From Gammaproteobacteria bacterium (GTDB lineage Bacteria; Pseudomonadota; Gammaproteobacteria; JAKDMP01), in contig JALUYA010000007.1 of the NCBI GenBank assembly GCA_027018875.1, positions 23,607 through 87,606 on the forward strand: a stretch of 64,000 nt of DNA, written 5' to 3'. Below, in pieces: positions 1 through 10,030 of this stretch. Under the pieces are notes generated by a model. That model ran no database searches and had not been told where the DNA came from. It saw only the letters and a list, made by a program, of their open reading frames with translations. A program made the position numbers and the translations under genes. Each line of letters begins with the position of its first letter. Position 1 is the first letter of the stretch.

Positions 1-1215
1 CAGCCGGTCCTGGGAGCACCGGGAATGGAGATTTCGCCTCTGTTCAGTGAGTTCGGCATGGTCGCGTATGACCCGGGCTTTGCCTCCACTGCCAGTTGCG
101 AGAGTGCCATAACCTACCTGGATGGCGCCCGCGGCGAGTTGCTGTTTCGGGGCTATCCGATCGCACAGTTGGCCGAGCACTGTAGTTTTCTTGAGGTTTG
201 TTTTCTCCTGTTACATGGAGAGCTGCCTAATCAGGCCGAACTCGAAGCTTTTAAGCGGGATCTCGGCAGGGAAGCCGTGTTGGAGCCATCGGTTCGACGT
301 GTAATCGAGTCTTTTCCGGTTGAGTCACACCCGATGGCCATGTTGATCAGTGCGGTGGCGGCGCTTGCGGGGGTTTATCACGATTCGACGGATATCCATG
401 ATCCGGTTGCGCGGACCCGGTTCGCTAACCAGGCCATTGCCAAAATGCCGATTATCGCGGCGGCCATCCACAGGCATCGGACCGGGCAAGCCATTGAATC
501 GCCGCGCAGCGATTTAAGTTATACCCAGAACTTTCTTCACATGACTTTCGGGTCCCCGGTGGCGGATGTTTCGGCGCAGGCGTTGGATCTGTTGTTTGTA
601 TTACATGCGGATCATTCGCAAAATGCCAGTACTTCCACGGTTCGCTTGGCCGGCAGCTCGGGAACGGACCCCTATGCTGCATTGGCGGCGGGTATAGCCA
701 GCCTTTGGGGGCCGGCACATGGCGGGGCCAATGAGGCCGTGTTGCGGATGCTGAACGAAATCGGCAGCGCGGATCGAATCGAACATTTTGTTGCCCGAGC
801 CAAGGATCGTAATGACCCTTTCCGGCTCATGGGATTTGGTCATCGGGTCTATAAAAATTATGACCCCCGGGCCATGATCATTCGGCAGATGGCGCATGAC
901 CTGCTGCAGCATCTCGGATCGCGTGATGAGCCCTTGTTCGAGCTTGCCATGCAGCTTGAGTCCAAGGCGCTTGAGGACGAATATTTTGTGTCCCACAAGC
1001 TCTATCCGAACGTGGATTTCTATTCCGGTGTCATCTATCGGGCGCTCGGAATTCCGGTCGAGATGTTTACCGTGATGTTTGCGATTGCCCGCACGGTAGG
1101 CTGGGTGACTCATTGGCAGGAGATGATTGCCGATCCGAAGCTGCGCATCGGGCGTCCGCGGCAGCTTTATATCGGGGCTGCACGGCGGGAATTCGTGCCG
1201 CTGGGGCAGCGATAA
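1..1215 (+). CDS. gltA: Citrate synthase (type II), 5'-truncated by window edge. The listed ORF starts at 25, but the reading frame is open back to nt 1 and about 45 N-terminal residues are missing compared with E. coli GltA.
   Basis: Strong similarity to E. coli GltA: DPGFASTASCES, LHADHSQNASTSTVR, GFGHRVYKNYDPRA, PNVDFYSGVIYRALGIP. Confidence 0.9.
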   Translation, partial: QPVLGAPGMEISPLFSEFGMVAYDPGFASTASCESAITYLDGARGELLFRGYPIAQLAEHCSFLEVCFLLLHGELPNQAELEAFKRDLGREAVLEPSVRRVIESFPVESHPMAMLISAVAALAGVYHDSTDIHDPVARTRFANQAIAKMPIIAAAIHRHRTGQAIESPRSDLSYTQNFLHMTFGSPVADVSAQALDLLFVLHADHSQNASTSTVRLAGSSGTDPYAALAAGIASLWGPAHGGANEAVLRMLNEIGSADRIEHFVARAKDRNDPFRLMGFGHRVYKNYDPRAMIIRQMAHDLLQHLGSRDEPLFELAMQLESKALEDEYFVSHKLYPNVDFYSGVIYRALGIPVEMFTVMFAIARTVGWVTHWQEMIADPKLRIGRPRQLYIGAARREFVPLGQR

Positions 1216-1249
1216 GGCGGCTGATCCGGGAGCCGTTGGACTGGCTTGA

Positions 1250-1873
1250 TCAAGGCGAGGCGCAGATCGGCCTAGCCGGTGTCTCATCCAGCAGGGCTTT
1301 TAGCATGCGGAGCCCAATTCGTCGTGCCGGGCGCCCATCCAGGGGATCGGTTGGGGGTTCACGTAGATCATTCAGTGTGAAGGCCAGTGCCTCGATGGAT
1401 TGTCCGTGGTATTCGAATTTGAATAGGGGTACGGTATGTGTGCGCCCATTGCCCCAATGCAGGCGGCGCTCGCCTTCTTGAAAATCCAGCCCCTGCTCGA
1501 TCAAGCGGATCGCCAAGCGTTCGGGCGGCTCGATAAAAACGTGTAACTCAACTACGGAATGGGCGGTGGCGAAGTCTTCGGTTACGCTACCGGCAGCCCG
1601 AGTTTCGATTCCAGCCATTAGCCGTGTCATGGCGGCGTGGGCTGCGTGGCGCAACCGCCGCAGGTGTACGCTGGGTGGCGGTGTCACCGTGAACAGTCGC
1701 AGGCGATCCGCCAGGGCATCTCGGATTTGCCGATTGGTAGGTAGATACCGTTGGCCCAAGCCCAGGCGTGCGGCCGCCTTGCGTTTTGCCTTTAGGTAGT
1801 CCTTATGGCCTTCTTCTGCCAGGATTCGAGCGGCTTCTTGAGCCAGGATACAACGGATGCGTGATGGATTCAT
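1250..1873 (-). CDS. Conserved hypothetical protein, 207 aa. Start moved to the internal Met MNPSRIRC so it does not overlap mrcA. Weak resemblance to a degenerate minimal nucleotidyltransferase motif (AGSVTEDFATAHSVVEL).
   Basis: Long ORF on the same strand as mrcA and abutting its stop (1873/1879). No confident family assignment. Confidence 0.45.
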   Translation of the reverse strand: MNPSRIRCILAQEAARILAEEGHKDYLKAKRKAAARLGLGQRYLPTNRQIRDALADRLRLFTVTPPPSVHLRRLRHAAHAAMTRLMAGIETRAAGSVTEDFATAHSVVELHVFIEPPERLAIRLIEQGLDFQEGERRLHWGNGRTHTVPLFKFEYHGQSIEALAFTLNDLREPPTDPLDGRPARRIGLRMLKALLDETPARPICASP

Positions 1874-1878
1874 GCGGG

Positions 1879-4350
1879 TTATCCTCCACCATACAGACTG
1901 GGAGCCTGGTTGGATTGTTGCCGAGGGGGGACGTGATCGGTACGGAACACCTCCCATATGGCGTTGGGATTTCCGGGACCGCAGCGCAGTCCGGTCTTGG
2001 CATCGATCCGAACCGTTACCAGGCCGGGGGGAATGGGCCAGGTCCTGTTGGGCACCCCCTTCAGGGCATCACGCATGAAAGTAATCCACATGGGAAGAGC
2101 GGCTCGGGCTCCGGTTTGCCCATCGCCGAGTGTGGTGTTCCGATCATAGCCTACCCAGGTGATGGCAACCAGCCGGGGGGCGTATCCGTCGAACCAGGCG
2201 TTGGAGTAGTCATTGGTTGTTCCGGTTTTCCCCGCCAGATCACTGTGGCCGATAACCCGGGCGGCCCGGCCGGTTCCTTGCTGGATGACTCCTTGCATCA
2301 TATTGGTCATCAGGTAGGCGATTTGCGGACTGAGGGTCCTGGGTGCGAGACGGATTGGGAAAGCGGGTTGGCGCTGTGACAGGACGGCATGCCCGGTAGC
2401 CGCGGTTGGCGTGGTTCCAGCGGTCGTGGATACGGACGGTATTGCGATGGTTTGCGGTGCACCCAGAGTAGTTGCCGCAACCGGTGAGCCGAGGGTCATG
2501 GGAGCTCGTGCGGGGAGGGGCTTGGCGCAGGCAGTGCAGGCGACCCAGGGGTGCGCCCGAGCCAGCAATTGATCGTCCGGGCCTTCTATGCGCTGAATGA
2601 AATACGGGCGTACCAGAAACCCTCCATTGGCGAATACGGCATAGCCGCGGGCCATCTCTAGAGGAGTCAGGCTTGCGCTACCGAGAACCATGGTAAGGTT
2701 ATGCGGAATTTGCGCGGGGTCGAAGCCAAAGCGGCGCACCCAGCGAATAGCGGCGGGAATGCCTACTCGTTCCAGCACGCGCACCGAAACCAGGTTGATG
2801 GAATGAATCAATCCTTCGCGCAAGCGAACCATGCCCGAAGTGTTGCGTTCATAGTTGGTAGGCCGCCAATATTCGGCCAGCTGTTGGTTGGCCACCGCAA
2901 TCAGCGGGGCGTTGGAGATTAAGGTTGCCGGGGTCAGGCCCTGCTGCAGGGCCGCGGAATAGATGTAGGGCTTGAAGGAAGACCCCAGTTGGCGGTGGGC
3001 CTGCAGGGCACGGTTGAATTTACTCAAGGTATAGGAAAATCCCCCATCAAGCGCAACGATTGCGCCATCATAGGGATCAAGGGCAACTAGGGCTCCTTGA
3101 ACCGCGGGAATTTGGAAAATCTGCCAGCCGTCGGGCCGATGTTGGAGGTAAACCACATCTCCGGGCTTGAGGAAGCGGTTTGCCTGGGTCTTATCCCCCG
3201 CGGCCCAGCTCAGTGCCTTCCAACCCAGGGGGATATCGCCTGTGTTGGCCACGGCGACCGTGGCGGTCCGTGGCGCAACCCGGGTAATGATTCCGGGAAC
3301 AAGGTCGGCGACTTGCGGAAATGGTGCTAACTGGGCAGCCAATTCCTTGGGTGAATGGTTGTGGTCCAGGGGGATATTTGCTACTGGCCCGCGCCAGCCT
3401 CGTTCACGAGTGATCCGTTCCAGGTTGCGGACTAAAGCCAGGTGCGCCGCCTTTTCAAGACGCGAATCGATGGTAGTGGTGACCTGGAACCCAGCGGTAT
3501 AGACTGCATCACCATAGTGTTGAACCATATAATTTCGCACCATCTCGGCGACGTACGGAGCCTGAACACTGACCTGGGGAGCATGAAGACGGGCTGAAAT
3601 CGGTGCGGCCATGGCGCGTTTATAAGAACCGGTATCTATGAAACCCAGATCACGCATGCGCCCGAGCACATAGGCACGTCGCTCCAGGGCACGGCGTGGA
3701 TCGGCGATGGGGTTGAATATTGATGGTGCCTTGGGAAGCCCTGCAATCATGGCCATTTGGGCCAGGTCGAGCCGCCAGACATCCTTGCCGTAATATACTT
3801 CTGCCGCCGCCCCGACACCGTAGGCATGATTACCGAGATAGATCTTGTTCAGGTAAAGGCGCAGGATGTCTTCCTTGCTGAGTTCATTTTCAATACGTAA
3901 TGCCAGGAAAACTTCACGAATTTTGCGGATATAGAGCTTTTTTCGGGTTAGGAAAAAATTGCGTGCGAGCTGCATGGTTATCGTGCTGGCACCTTGGGAT
4001 TTGCGCCCCGTCAATATCAGGTTGATAACCGCCCTGGCCATGCTGCGGATGTCGAGTCCGGGGTGCTCGAAGAACCGGTCGTCCTCGGCGGCAATAAAGG
4101 CCTCGACTTGGAGCGGAGGAATCTGGGAGTAGTCCAGCGGGATCCGGCGTTTAGTACCGATTACGGATATTAGACGACCATCGCGCGTGTAAATGCGCAG
4201 GGGCACCTGCAGATGGATATCTTTCAGAATGCCTACCGAGGGTAGACTTGGGGCTACATACAGATAGATTCCGAGACCACCGCCGATCCCGCCCAGTCCT
4301 AACGCGGCCGCGCCGAGCAGCAGGTAGTGCATCATGCGGCGGCGCGTCAT
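1879..4350 (-). CDS. mrcA: Penicillin-binding protein 1A (bifunctional transglycosylase/transpeptidase)
   Basis: 823 aa. N-terminal TM segment, GT51 motifs (EDDRFFEHPG, RKSQGASTITMQLARN) and a transpeptidase SxxK/KTG region. Divergent from pilM as in Pseudomonas ponA. Confidence 0.95.
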   Translation of the reverse strand: MTRRRMMHYLLLGAAALGLGGIGGGLGIYLYVAPSLPSVGILKDIHLQVPLRIYTRDGRLISVIGTKRRIPLDYSQIPPLQVEAFIAAEDDRFFEHPGLDIRSMARAVINLILTGRKSQGASTITMQLARNFFLTRKKLYIRKIREVFLALRIENELSKEDILRLYLNKIYLGNHAYGVGAAAEVYYGKDVWRLDLAQMAMIAGLPKAPSIFNPIADPRRALERRAYVLGRMRDLGFIDTGSYKRAMAAPISARLHAPQVSVQAPYVAEMVRNYMVQHYGDAVYTAGFQVTTTIDSRLEKAAHLALVRNLERITRERGWRGPVANIPLDHNHSPKELAAQLAPFPQVADLVPGIITRVAPRTATVAVANTGDIPLGWKALSWAAGDKTQANRFLKPGDVVYLQHRPDGWQIFQIPAVQGALVALDPYDGAIVALDGGFSYTLSKFNRALQAHRQLGSSFKPYIYSAALQQGLTPATLISNAPLIAVANQQLAEYWRPTNYERNTSGMVRLREGLIHSINLVSVRVLERVGIPAAIRWVRRFGFDPAQIPHNLTMVLGSASLTPLEMARGYAVFANGGFLVRPYFIQRIEGPDDQLLARAHPWVACTACAKPLPARAPMTLGSPVAATTLGAPQTIAIPSVSTTAGTTPTAATGHAVLSQRQPAFPIRLAPRTLSPQIAYLMTNMMQGVIQQGTGRAARVIGHSDLAGKTGTTNDYSNAWFDGYAPRLVAITWVGYDRNTTLGDGQTGARAALPMWITFMRDALKGVPNRTWPIPPGLVTVRIDAKTGLRCGPGNPNAIWEVFRTDHVPPRQQSNQAPSLYGGG

Positions 4351-4393
4351 AGGCCCGCTCCTTTAATACAACTTAGGTTTCTAGTCACTTGCA

Positions 4394-4421
4394 TTGACAA
4401 CTTCATCCGATACACTATATT
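4394..4421 (+). promoter_or_regulatory. Candidate sigma70 promoter for pilMNOPQ: TTGACA (4394-4399), 16-bp spacer, TATATT (4416-4421).
   Basis: Hexamers read directly in the 124-bp mrcA/pilM divergent intergenic region. Confidence 0.35.
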
Positions 4422-4474
4422 CTGCGTTAAATGATGACAGGGGGAACAGACCCATTCCGGGCCGAGCATAAAAC

Positions 4475-5536
4475 ATGATGCGCAAGCTGAAGCCAAAACC
4501 TGTTCTCGGGGTGGATGTCAGTACTTCCTCGGTCAAGGTGCTGGAACTCGTAAAAACATCTACATCCTATCGCGCTCGCTGCTATGGGGTGGAGCCGGTG
4601 CCCGCGAATGCGATCGCGGGCAAGCTTGTGAGCGATATCGAGGCGGTGGGTCAGGCGGTGCGCACGGCCTATAAACGTTCCGGTAGCCGACTGAAGGATG
4701 TTGCCGTGGCGCTCGGTGGCCCGACAGTGGTTACCAAGGCCATACGGATCCCTGCCGGTTTGAACCAGCGCGAGCAGGAGGAGCAGGTAGAGGTCATAGT
4801 CGGGCGGGAAATTCCCTACCCTCTGGATGAGGTGGCGTGGGATTTCGATTGCCTGGGGCCCGTGGAAGATCAACCGAACAGTATAGAAGTTCTGATTGTT
4901 GCCACCAGGCGCGAAAATGTGGAGAATTTTCAGGCGGTGCTCGAATATGCCGGCCTCAAGGGCTACATCGTGGATACCGAGGCCATGGCGCTGGAAGGAG
5001 CCTATGATCTATTGCGGGACCAATTGATTGATAAGGGAAGGAATCGTACGATTATGCTGGTGGACTTTGGCTCATCCACTACAACCTTCAGCGTTTTTCA
5101 TGATAATCATATTGTATACACCCGGGAACAGAGTTTTGGCGGCCGGCAATTAACCGATGAGATTATGCACCGTTATGGCCTTTCCTACGAAGATGCCGGA
5201 CGCGCCAAGCGCCGGGGGGGGCTTCCGGAAGATTACGAAGAAACATTGCTGGGGCCATTCACGAAAGACATGGCCCAGCAAGTCAACCGGGCGCTACAAT
5301 ATTATTATGCTTCAACAACCGAGCATGCAACGGTTGATCAGATTGTTATTTGCGGCGGTTGTGCGGCAATTCCCGGGGCCGTTGAGGTAATTGCCGAAGC
5401 GGTGAGCATGCCCGCGCTCGTTGCCAATCCCTTTACGCGGATTTCCTTGTCGGGCAAGGCGCAGGCACAGGGGATCGAACAGGATGCACCTTCACTGATG
5501 ATTGCGACCGGCCTGGCGCTCAGGAGTTTCGGCTGA
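4475..5536 (+). CDS. pilM: Type IV pilus assembly protein PilM (actin-like ATPase fold)
   Basis: 353 aa. LGVDVSTSSVKVLEL N-terminus typical of PilM. First gene of the pilMNOPQ operon. Confidence 0.9.
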   Translation: MMRKLKPKPVLGVDVSTSSVKVLELVKTSTSYRARCYGVEPVPANAIAGKLVSDIEAVGQAVRTAYKRSGSRLKDVAVALGGPTVVTKAIRIPAGLNQREQEEQVEVIVGREIPYPLDEVAWDFDCLGPVEDQPNSIEVLIVATRRENVENFQAVLEYAGLKGYIVDTEAMALEGAYDLLRDQLIDKGRNRTIMLVDFGSSTTTFSVFHDNHIVYTREQSFGGRQLTDEIMHRYGLSYEDAGRAKRRGGLPEDYEETLLGPFTKDMAQQVNRALQYYYASTTEHATVDQIVICGGCAAIPGAVEVIAEAVSMPALVANPFTRISLSGKAQAQGIEQDAPSLMIATGLALRSFG

Positions 5537-6120
5537 TGGCACGGATTAACCTGTTACCTTGGCGCGAGTGGGAACGGCGGCGAAACCGCCAGCGTTTCTT
5601 GGCGGTATTGGCATTTAGCTTTGTGCTGGGGATCGTAGGCGTAATTGTCGCCTCTCAGGTGGTTGCCGCTCGGGTGGAGAAGCAGCAGGTGCTCAATATC
5701 TACCTGAAGCAGCAAATCGTCAAACTGAATCGGGATATCTACACGATTCATAACTTGAAGAAAACCCGGGAATCATTGTTGGCACGAATGCACGTCATCG
5801 AGCGGCTGCAAAGGAGCCGACCGTTGGTGGTGCACCTATTCGATCGGCTGGTGCGGACGCTGCCCAATAATGTGTATTTGACCAAAGTGGTAAATCGATC
5901 GAGCCGACTTACCATCCAGGGTATTGCCGACTCACCGGCCGGGGTTTCGAATTACATGCGCAATATTGCGGCCTCCGCCTGGCTGGGTCCGCCCAATCTT
6001 GAAGTAGTGCGTACCACTGTCAAGGCAGGTCGCCAACGGAGTCACTTTACCGTGACCACAAAACTGCAACCGCCGCAGGAGCAGCAGGATGGATCGGGTT
6101 TTGGAGGGGCGCGGTCATGA
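5536..6120 (+). CDS. pilN: Type IV pilus assembly protein PilN
   Basis: 194 aa. INLLPWRE motif and a single N-terminal TM helix. Start overlaps the pilM stop. Confidence 0.85.
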   Translation: MARINLLPWREWERRRNRQRFLAVLAFSFVLGIVGVIVASQVVAARVEKQQVLNIYLKQQIVKLNRDIYTIHNLKKTRESLLARMHVIERLQRSRPLVVHLFDRLVRTLPNNVYLTKVVNRSSRLTIQGIADSPAGVSNYMRNIAASAWLGPPNLEVVRTTVKAGRQRSHFTVTTKLQPPQEQQDGSGFGGARS

Positions 6121-6752
6121 CGTTGGATGAATTGCGCAATCTGGATTTACGCGATGTTGACCTGGGCAACATCGGGGAATGGCCGTTGTGGGGGCGCGCA
6201 CTCGTGATTTTGGTGTTATTGATACTGATATTCGCAGCGGGCTATTTTATCGTTATTCGCGGTCAGTTGGAGGATTTTGCCGCTTCACAGCAGCAGGAGG
6301 CCGTGCTTAAGCAGCGTTTCGAGCGTAAACAGCACCTGGCAGCCGGACTCAAGGCATACCAGGTACAATTGGCTGAAATGCGCAAAAGCTTCGGTGAATT
6401 ACTGGCTAAATTGCCGAGTAAAAACGAGATTGATAATCTGCTTCGTGATATTTCCCAGACCGCGCAGCAGGATGGGCTGAATCAAAAGTTATTCCAACCC
6501 CAGAAAGAAGAGGATAAGGGATTTTATGCCGAAAAGCCTATTAAGATGGAATATACAGGTGGATTTCAGCAAATTGCCAAGTTTGTAAGTGATGTATCCG
6601 CACTTTCGCGGATTGTCACCCTGCGTGATTTTGCACTTAAGCCGGTCAAACCGGGTGATGGTTCCCGATTGGACTTTTCCGTTACGGGTGTTACCTACCG
6701 TTACCTGAGTGATGGAACAACAAGCAGTTCACAACCCGGGGGGGGCAAATGA
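6117..6752 (+). CDS. pilO: Type IV pilus assembly protein PilO
   Basis: 211 aa, bitopic. Position in the operon between pilN and pilP. Confidence 0.8.
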   Translation: MTLDELRNLDLRDVDLGNIGEWPLWGRALVILVLLILIFAAGYFIVIRGQLEDFAASQQQEAVLKQRFERKQHLAAGLKAYQVQLAEMRKSFGELLAKLPSKNEIDNLLRDISQTAQQDGLNQKLFQPQKEEDKGFYAEKPIKMEYTGGFQQIAKFVSDVSALSRIVTLRDFALKPVKPGDGSRLDFSVTGVTYRYLSDGTTSSSQPGGGK

Positions 6753-7273
6753 ACCGGTCGTTGCGACGGCTTACCGAGTCGCTTGTCATGTTGTCCCTGG
6801 TGGGTATACTCACGGGCTGTGGGGATGGCGGGATGGCGCGCCTGAGGGCTTGGGTGGCACAGGTAGATAAGCGCCCGGCGGGAAAAATTCTCCAGGTGCC
6901 GCAACCTATCTCTTATCATGCCTTCGTGTATCGGGACGAATCGCTGCGTTCACCATTTATTCCGGTGGTACATTCCAGCCGCAGAGTGCGCCCTAATTTC
7001 CATCGCCAAAAGCAATACCTGGAACGATTTCCGCTCGATGCCCTCAGCCTGGTCGGTGAATTGACTTTCGGGGGCAAGACCTATGCCCTGATCGAGGACC
7101 CCAAAGGAATGGTGCATCATGTAGTCATCGGTAATTACCTGGGGCAGAATAATGGTCGGATTATGGCCATATTGCCAGGCGAGATTCGTATCAGGGAAAT
7201 TGTTTCCAATGGGGCAGGAGGTTGGCAAAAGAAGATTACCTCGCTCTCGTTGAGTCAGAAACCGGGAGGTTAG
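6749..7273 (+). CDS. pilP: Type IV pilus assembly lipoprotein PilP
   Basis: 174 aa. Lipobox LTGC near the N-terminus. Position in the operon. Confidence 0.8.
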   Translation: MNRSLRRLTESLVMLSLVGILTGCGDGGMARLRAWVAQVDKRPAGKILQVPQPISYHAFVYRDESLRSPFIPVVHSSRRVRPNFHRQKQYLERFPLDALSLVGELTFGGKTYALIEDPKGMVHHVVIGNYLGQNNGRIMAILPGEIRIREIVSNGAGGWQKKITSLSLSQKPGG

Positions 7274-7277
7274 TATT

Positions 7278-9503
7278 ATGCGCGGGATTAAATTCATATT
7301 TACGGCTGCCCACGGCCGAACGGGTTCGGCGCATACAAACGTGCGTGGTGGATATGAATCGGGTGGCAGGATTGGGGCGATTGTTTTGCTGCTGCTGTTG
7401 AGCTTGGTATCCATCTATGCGGTGGCTGCTCCAACTCCGGTGCGTAAACTCAAGGCGATTCAGACTATCGCATTGCCGGGAGGAGGGGTGCGGGTCGATT
7501 TGCAGTTAAGCCAGACACCCACGAAACCATTGAGTTTCAGTGTAGATCGACCTGCCATGATTGTCCTGGATTTGCCCGATACACACCTGGCCAAACCGAT
7601 ACGGCGCAGCAATATCAATCTGGGCGATTTGACGGCGGTGGAAACCGCGGCGGCCGATGGCCGTACTCGGGTGGTTCTAAGATTGGTCTCCATGTCTCCA
7701 TACAAGACCCGAATTTCTGGGAACCATGTTTATGTCACTATTGGTGCGCTCGTCAAAGTTGCCTTACAGGCAAGAAGTGGTGCCACCAGAACCTTTGGCC
7801 CCGTTTCGGGACAACATATTGTAAACAGCCGGACCAATACCGTGACGAGCCTCCGGTTTCATCGCACGCAATCCGGGGCCGGCCGTGTTTTGATCGGGCT
7901 TTCAAGCCCATCGGCCAGTGGAAATGTCAACCAGGAAGGGGATCGGGTGGTGGTGCGTTTCCCAGGGGTGATGCTACCGAAGCGATTACAGGAACGTCTC
8001 AAGGTTAGTGATTTTGCAACTCCGGTAGATACCATTACCGCCCGGCAAACAGCGGCCGGTGCCGAGGTTGTGGTCAAGGGAAAAGGATCATTCGATCAGC
8101 TTGCATTTCAGACCAACAAAACTTTTGCGCTGGAGCTTAATCCGGTCAATGAGCAACGGCTTGCGATCGAGGGCAAGAAGCGTTATACCGGAAAACGCTT
8201 AACACTAAATTTTCAGAAGATTCCGGTAAGGGCGATACTTCAGATACTTGCTAAGTTTACGGGGAAAAATATTGTAGTGTCGGGAGGTGTTAATGGCGAT
8301 ATTACCTTGCGGCTGCATAATGTTCCTTGGGATGAGGCGCTGGCGATTATTCTAAGGTCGCAGGGTCTGGCGATGAAAAAGATCGGCAATGTGCTCATGA
8401 TTGCGCCGGCGGCCGAGTTCGCACGCCAGGAGCAGCAGCAACTGCAAGTGCAAAGCCAGATGCAGAAATTGGCACCACTGCAAACCGCCTATATGCAGAT
8501 TAATTACGCCAAGGCCGAAAATCTGGCGAAACTGATCAAATCGCAAAAAAGCACGCTACTGTCACCCCGGGGGACGGTGACAGTTGATCCACGTACCAAT
8601 ACATTAATCGTTCACGATACCGCGGCGCATATCGGGCAGGTTGGGAAATTGGTACATGTGCTTGACATTCCCGTGCGTCAAGTTCTTATCGAGTCGCGCA
8701 TCGTTATTGTACAGAACAACTTTGAGCGGGATTTGGGGGTGCGTTTCGGCGTATCCGGTTTGCACCAGGGGCCGAACAGCGTTATCTCTGTCGATGGCAG
8801 CGCGATTGGCAACAACAATATGTTGGCCAGTTTGACCAACCCGACTGGAACCGGAACCGGTGGCAGCAATCCTGGGAAAGGTACCTATGTCTATCCTCAA
8901 CTGAGCAATCGGTTGAATGTCAATATTCCCGTCACGAATCCGGCCGGGCAGTTTGCAGTGGCGATTCTAAGCGGTAATTTTCTAGTCGACCTGGAACTTT
9001 CCGCATTGCAGGCCGAAGGCAAGGGCGAGGTGGTTTCCAGTCCGCGGGTGATAACCGCCAACCAGCAGAAGGCCACCATTGAGCAAGGGGTGGAAATCCC
9101 TTACCAGAATTCCACCTCAAGCGGGGCAACTTCGGTACAGTTCAAAAAGGCCGTGTTAAGTCTCCAGGTGACGCCTCAGATCACGCCGGATAACCGGATT
9201 CTGATGAATATTGAGGTGCATAATGACAGCGTCGGTAAGTATGTTCCGACTACCAACGGCGGACAGGTTCCCAGCATCAATACCCGTACGGTTACCACCC
9301 AGGTTTTGGTGGATAACGGGGATACGGTTGTGCTCGGAGGTATTTATCAGACCACGCGCAACAAAACGACCAACAAGGTTCCGTTGTTGGGCGACATCCC
9401 CCTGCTTGGAGTGCTTTTCCGCAATACCAAAGTGGTCAATAATAAGGTTGAATTATTGGTTTTTGTGACTCCCAAGATTCTTGCCGCCAATCTCTCCCAG
9501 TAA
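7278..9503 (+). CDS. pilQ: Type IV pilus secretin PilQ
   Basis: 741 aa. AMIN/N-domains and a C-terminal secretin domain (VLVDNGDTVVLGGIYQ, LLGDIPLLGVLF). Confidence 0.9.
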   Translation: MRGIKFIFTAAHGRTGSAHTNVRGGYESGGRIGAIVLLLLLSLVSIYAVAAPTPVRKLKAIQTIALPGGGVRVDLQLSQTPTKPLSFSVDRPAMIVLDLPDTHLAKPIRRSNINLGDLTAVETAAADGRTRVVLRLVSMSPYKTRISGNHVYVTIGALVKVALQARSGATRTFGPVSGQHIVNSRTNTVTSLRFHRTQSGAGRVLIGLSSPSASGNVNQEGDRVVVRFPGVMLPKRLQERLKVSDFATPVDTITARQTAAGAEVVVKGKGSFDQLAFQTNKTFALELNPVNEQRLAIEGKKRYTGKRLTLNFQKIPVRAILQILAKFTGKNIVVSGGVNGDITLRLHNVPWDEALAIILRSQGLAMKKIGNVLMIAPAAEFARQEQQQLQVQSQMQKLAPLQTAYMQINYAKAENLAKLIKSQKSTLLSPRGTVTVDPRTNTLIVHDTAAHIGQVGKLVHVLDIPVRQVLIESRIVIVQNNFERDLGVRFGVSGLHQGPNSVISVDGSAIGNNNMLASLTNPTGTGTGGSNPGKGTYVYPQLSNRLNVNIPVTNPAGQFAVAILSGNFLVDLELSALQAEGKGEVVSSPRVITANQQKATIEQGVEIPYQNSTSSGATSVQFKKAVLSLQVTPQITPDNRILMNIEVHNDSVGKYVPTTNGGQVPSINTRTVTTQVLVDNGDTVVLGGIYQTTRNKTTNKVPLLGDIPLLGVLFRNTKVVNNKVELLVFVTPKILAANLSQ

Positions 9504-10020
9504 GGCCGGGGACGATCGTCCGATTGCTCTTGTCGGTTTACCGGGGGTGGGAAAATCCACCTTGGGCGCCTTATTGGCGGAGCAGTTGGGATGGGAGGTT
9601 CGTGATACCGACGCTCTGCTGGAGTCGCGGATGGGTTGCCGTATTTCCGACTATGTGGCATCCAGGGGATGGGCTGTCTTCAGGCATGAGGAATCTTGCC
9701 TCCTGAGCGAAGTAGTCGGTTTTCACCGGAGCGTGCTTGCAACCGGTGGCGGGATAGTAGAAAAGGAAGAAAATCGCCGCCTGCTCGGTACGCGAACCCG
9801 GGTGGTTTGGTTGCGCGCCGGCAGTGCAACTCTACTTGCTCGTCTGGGGGAGAATGGAGATGACCGTCCTCTGCTTCGTGATGATCCGGATCGGAATCTG
9901 CGGGAACTTGCGTTGCGTCGTAACCGCTGGTATGCGGAACTGGCGGAGTGGGTGGTTGAGACGGACCGGGGTTCATTTCGCTCTCTCGTTCAGCAGATAA
10001 TCACCCACTTCGGATTGTGA
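9481..10020 (+). CDS. aroK: Shikimate kinase
   Basis: P-loop LVGLPGVGKST and overall similarity to E. coli AroK. The start overlaps the pilQ 3' end by 23 nt. Confidence 0.9.
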   Translation: MPPISPSKAGDDRPIALVGLPGVGKSTLGALLAEQLGWEVRDTDALLESRMGCRISDYVASRGWAVFRHEESCLLSEVVGFHRSVLATGGGIVEKEENRRLLGTRTRVVWLRAGSATLLARLGENGDDRPLLRDDPDRNLRELALRRNRWYAELAEWVVETDRGSFRSLVQQIITHFGL

Positions 10021-10030
10021 ACCGCCGACA

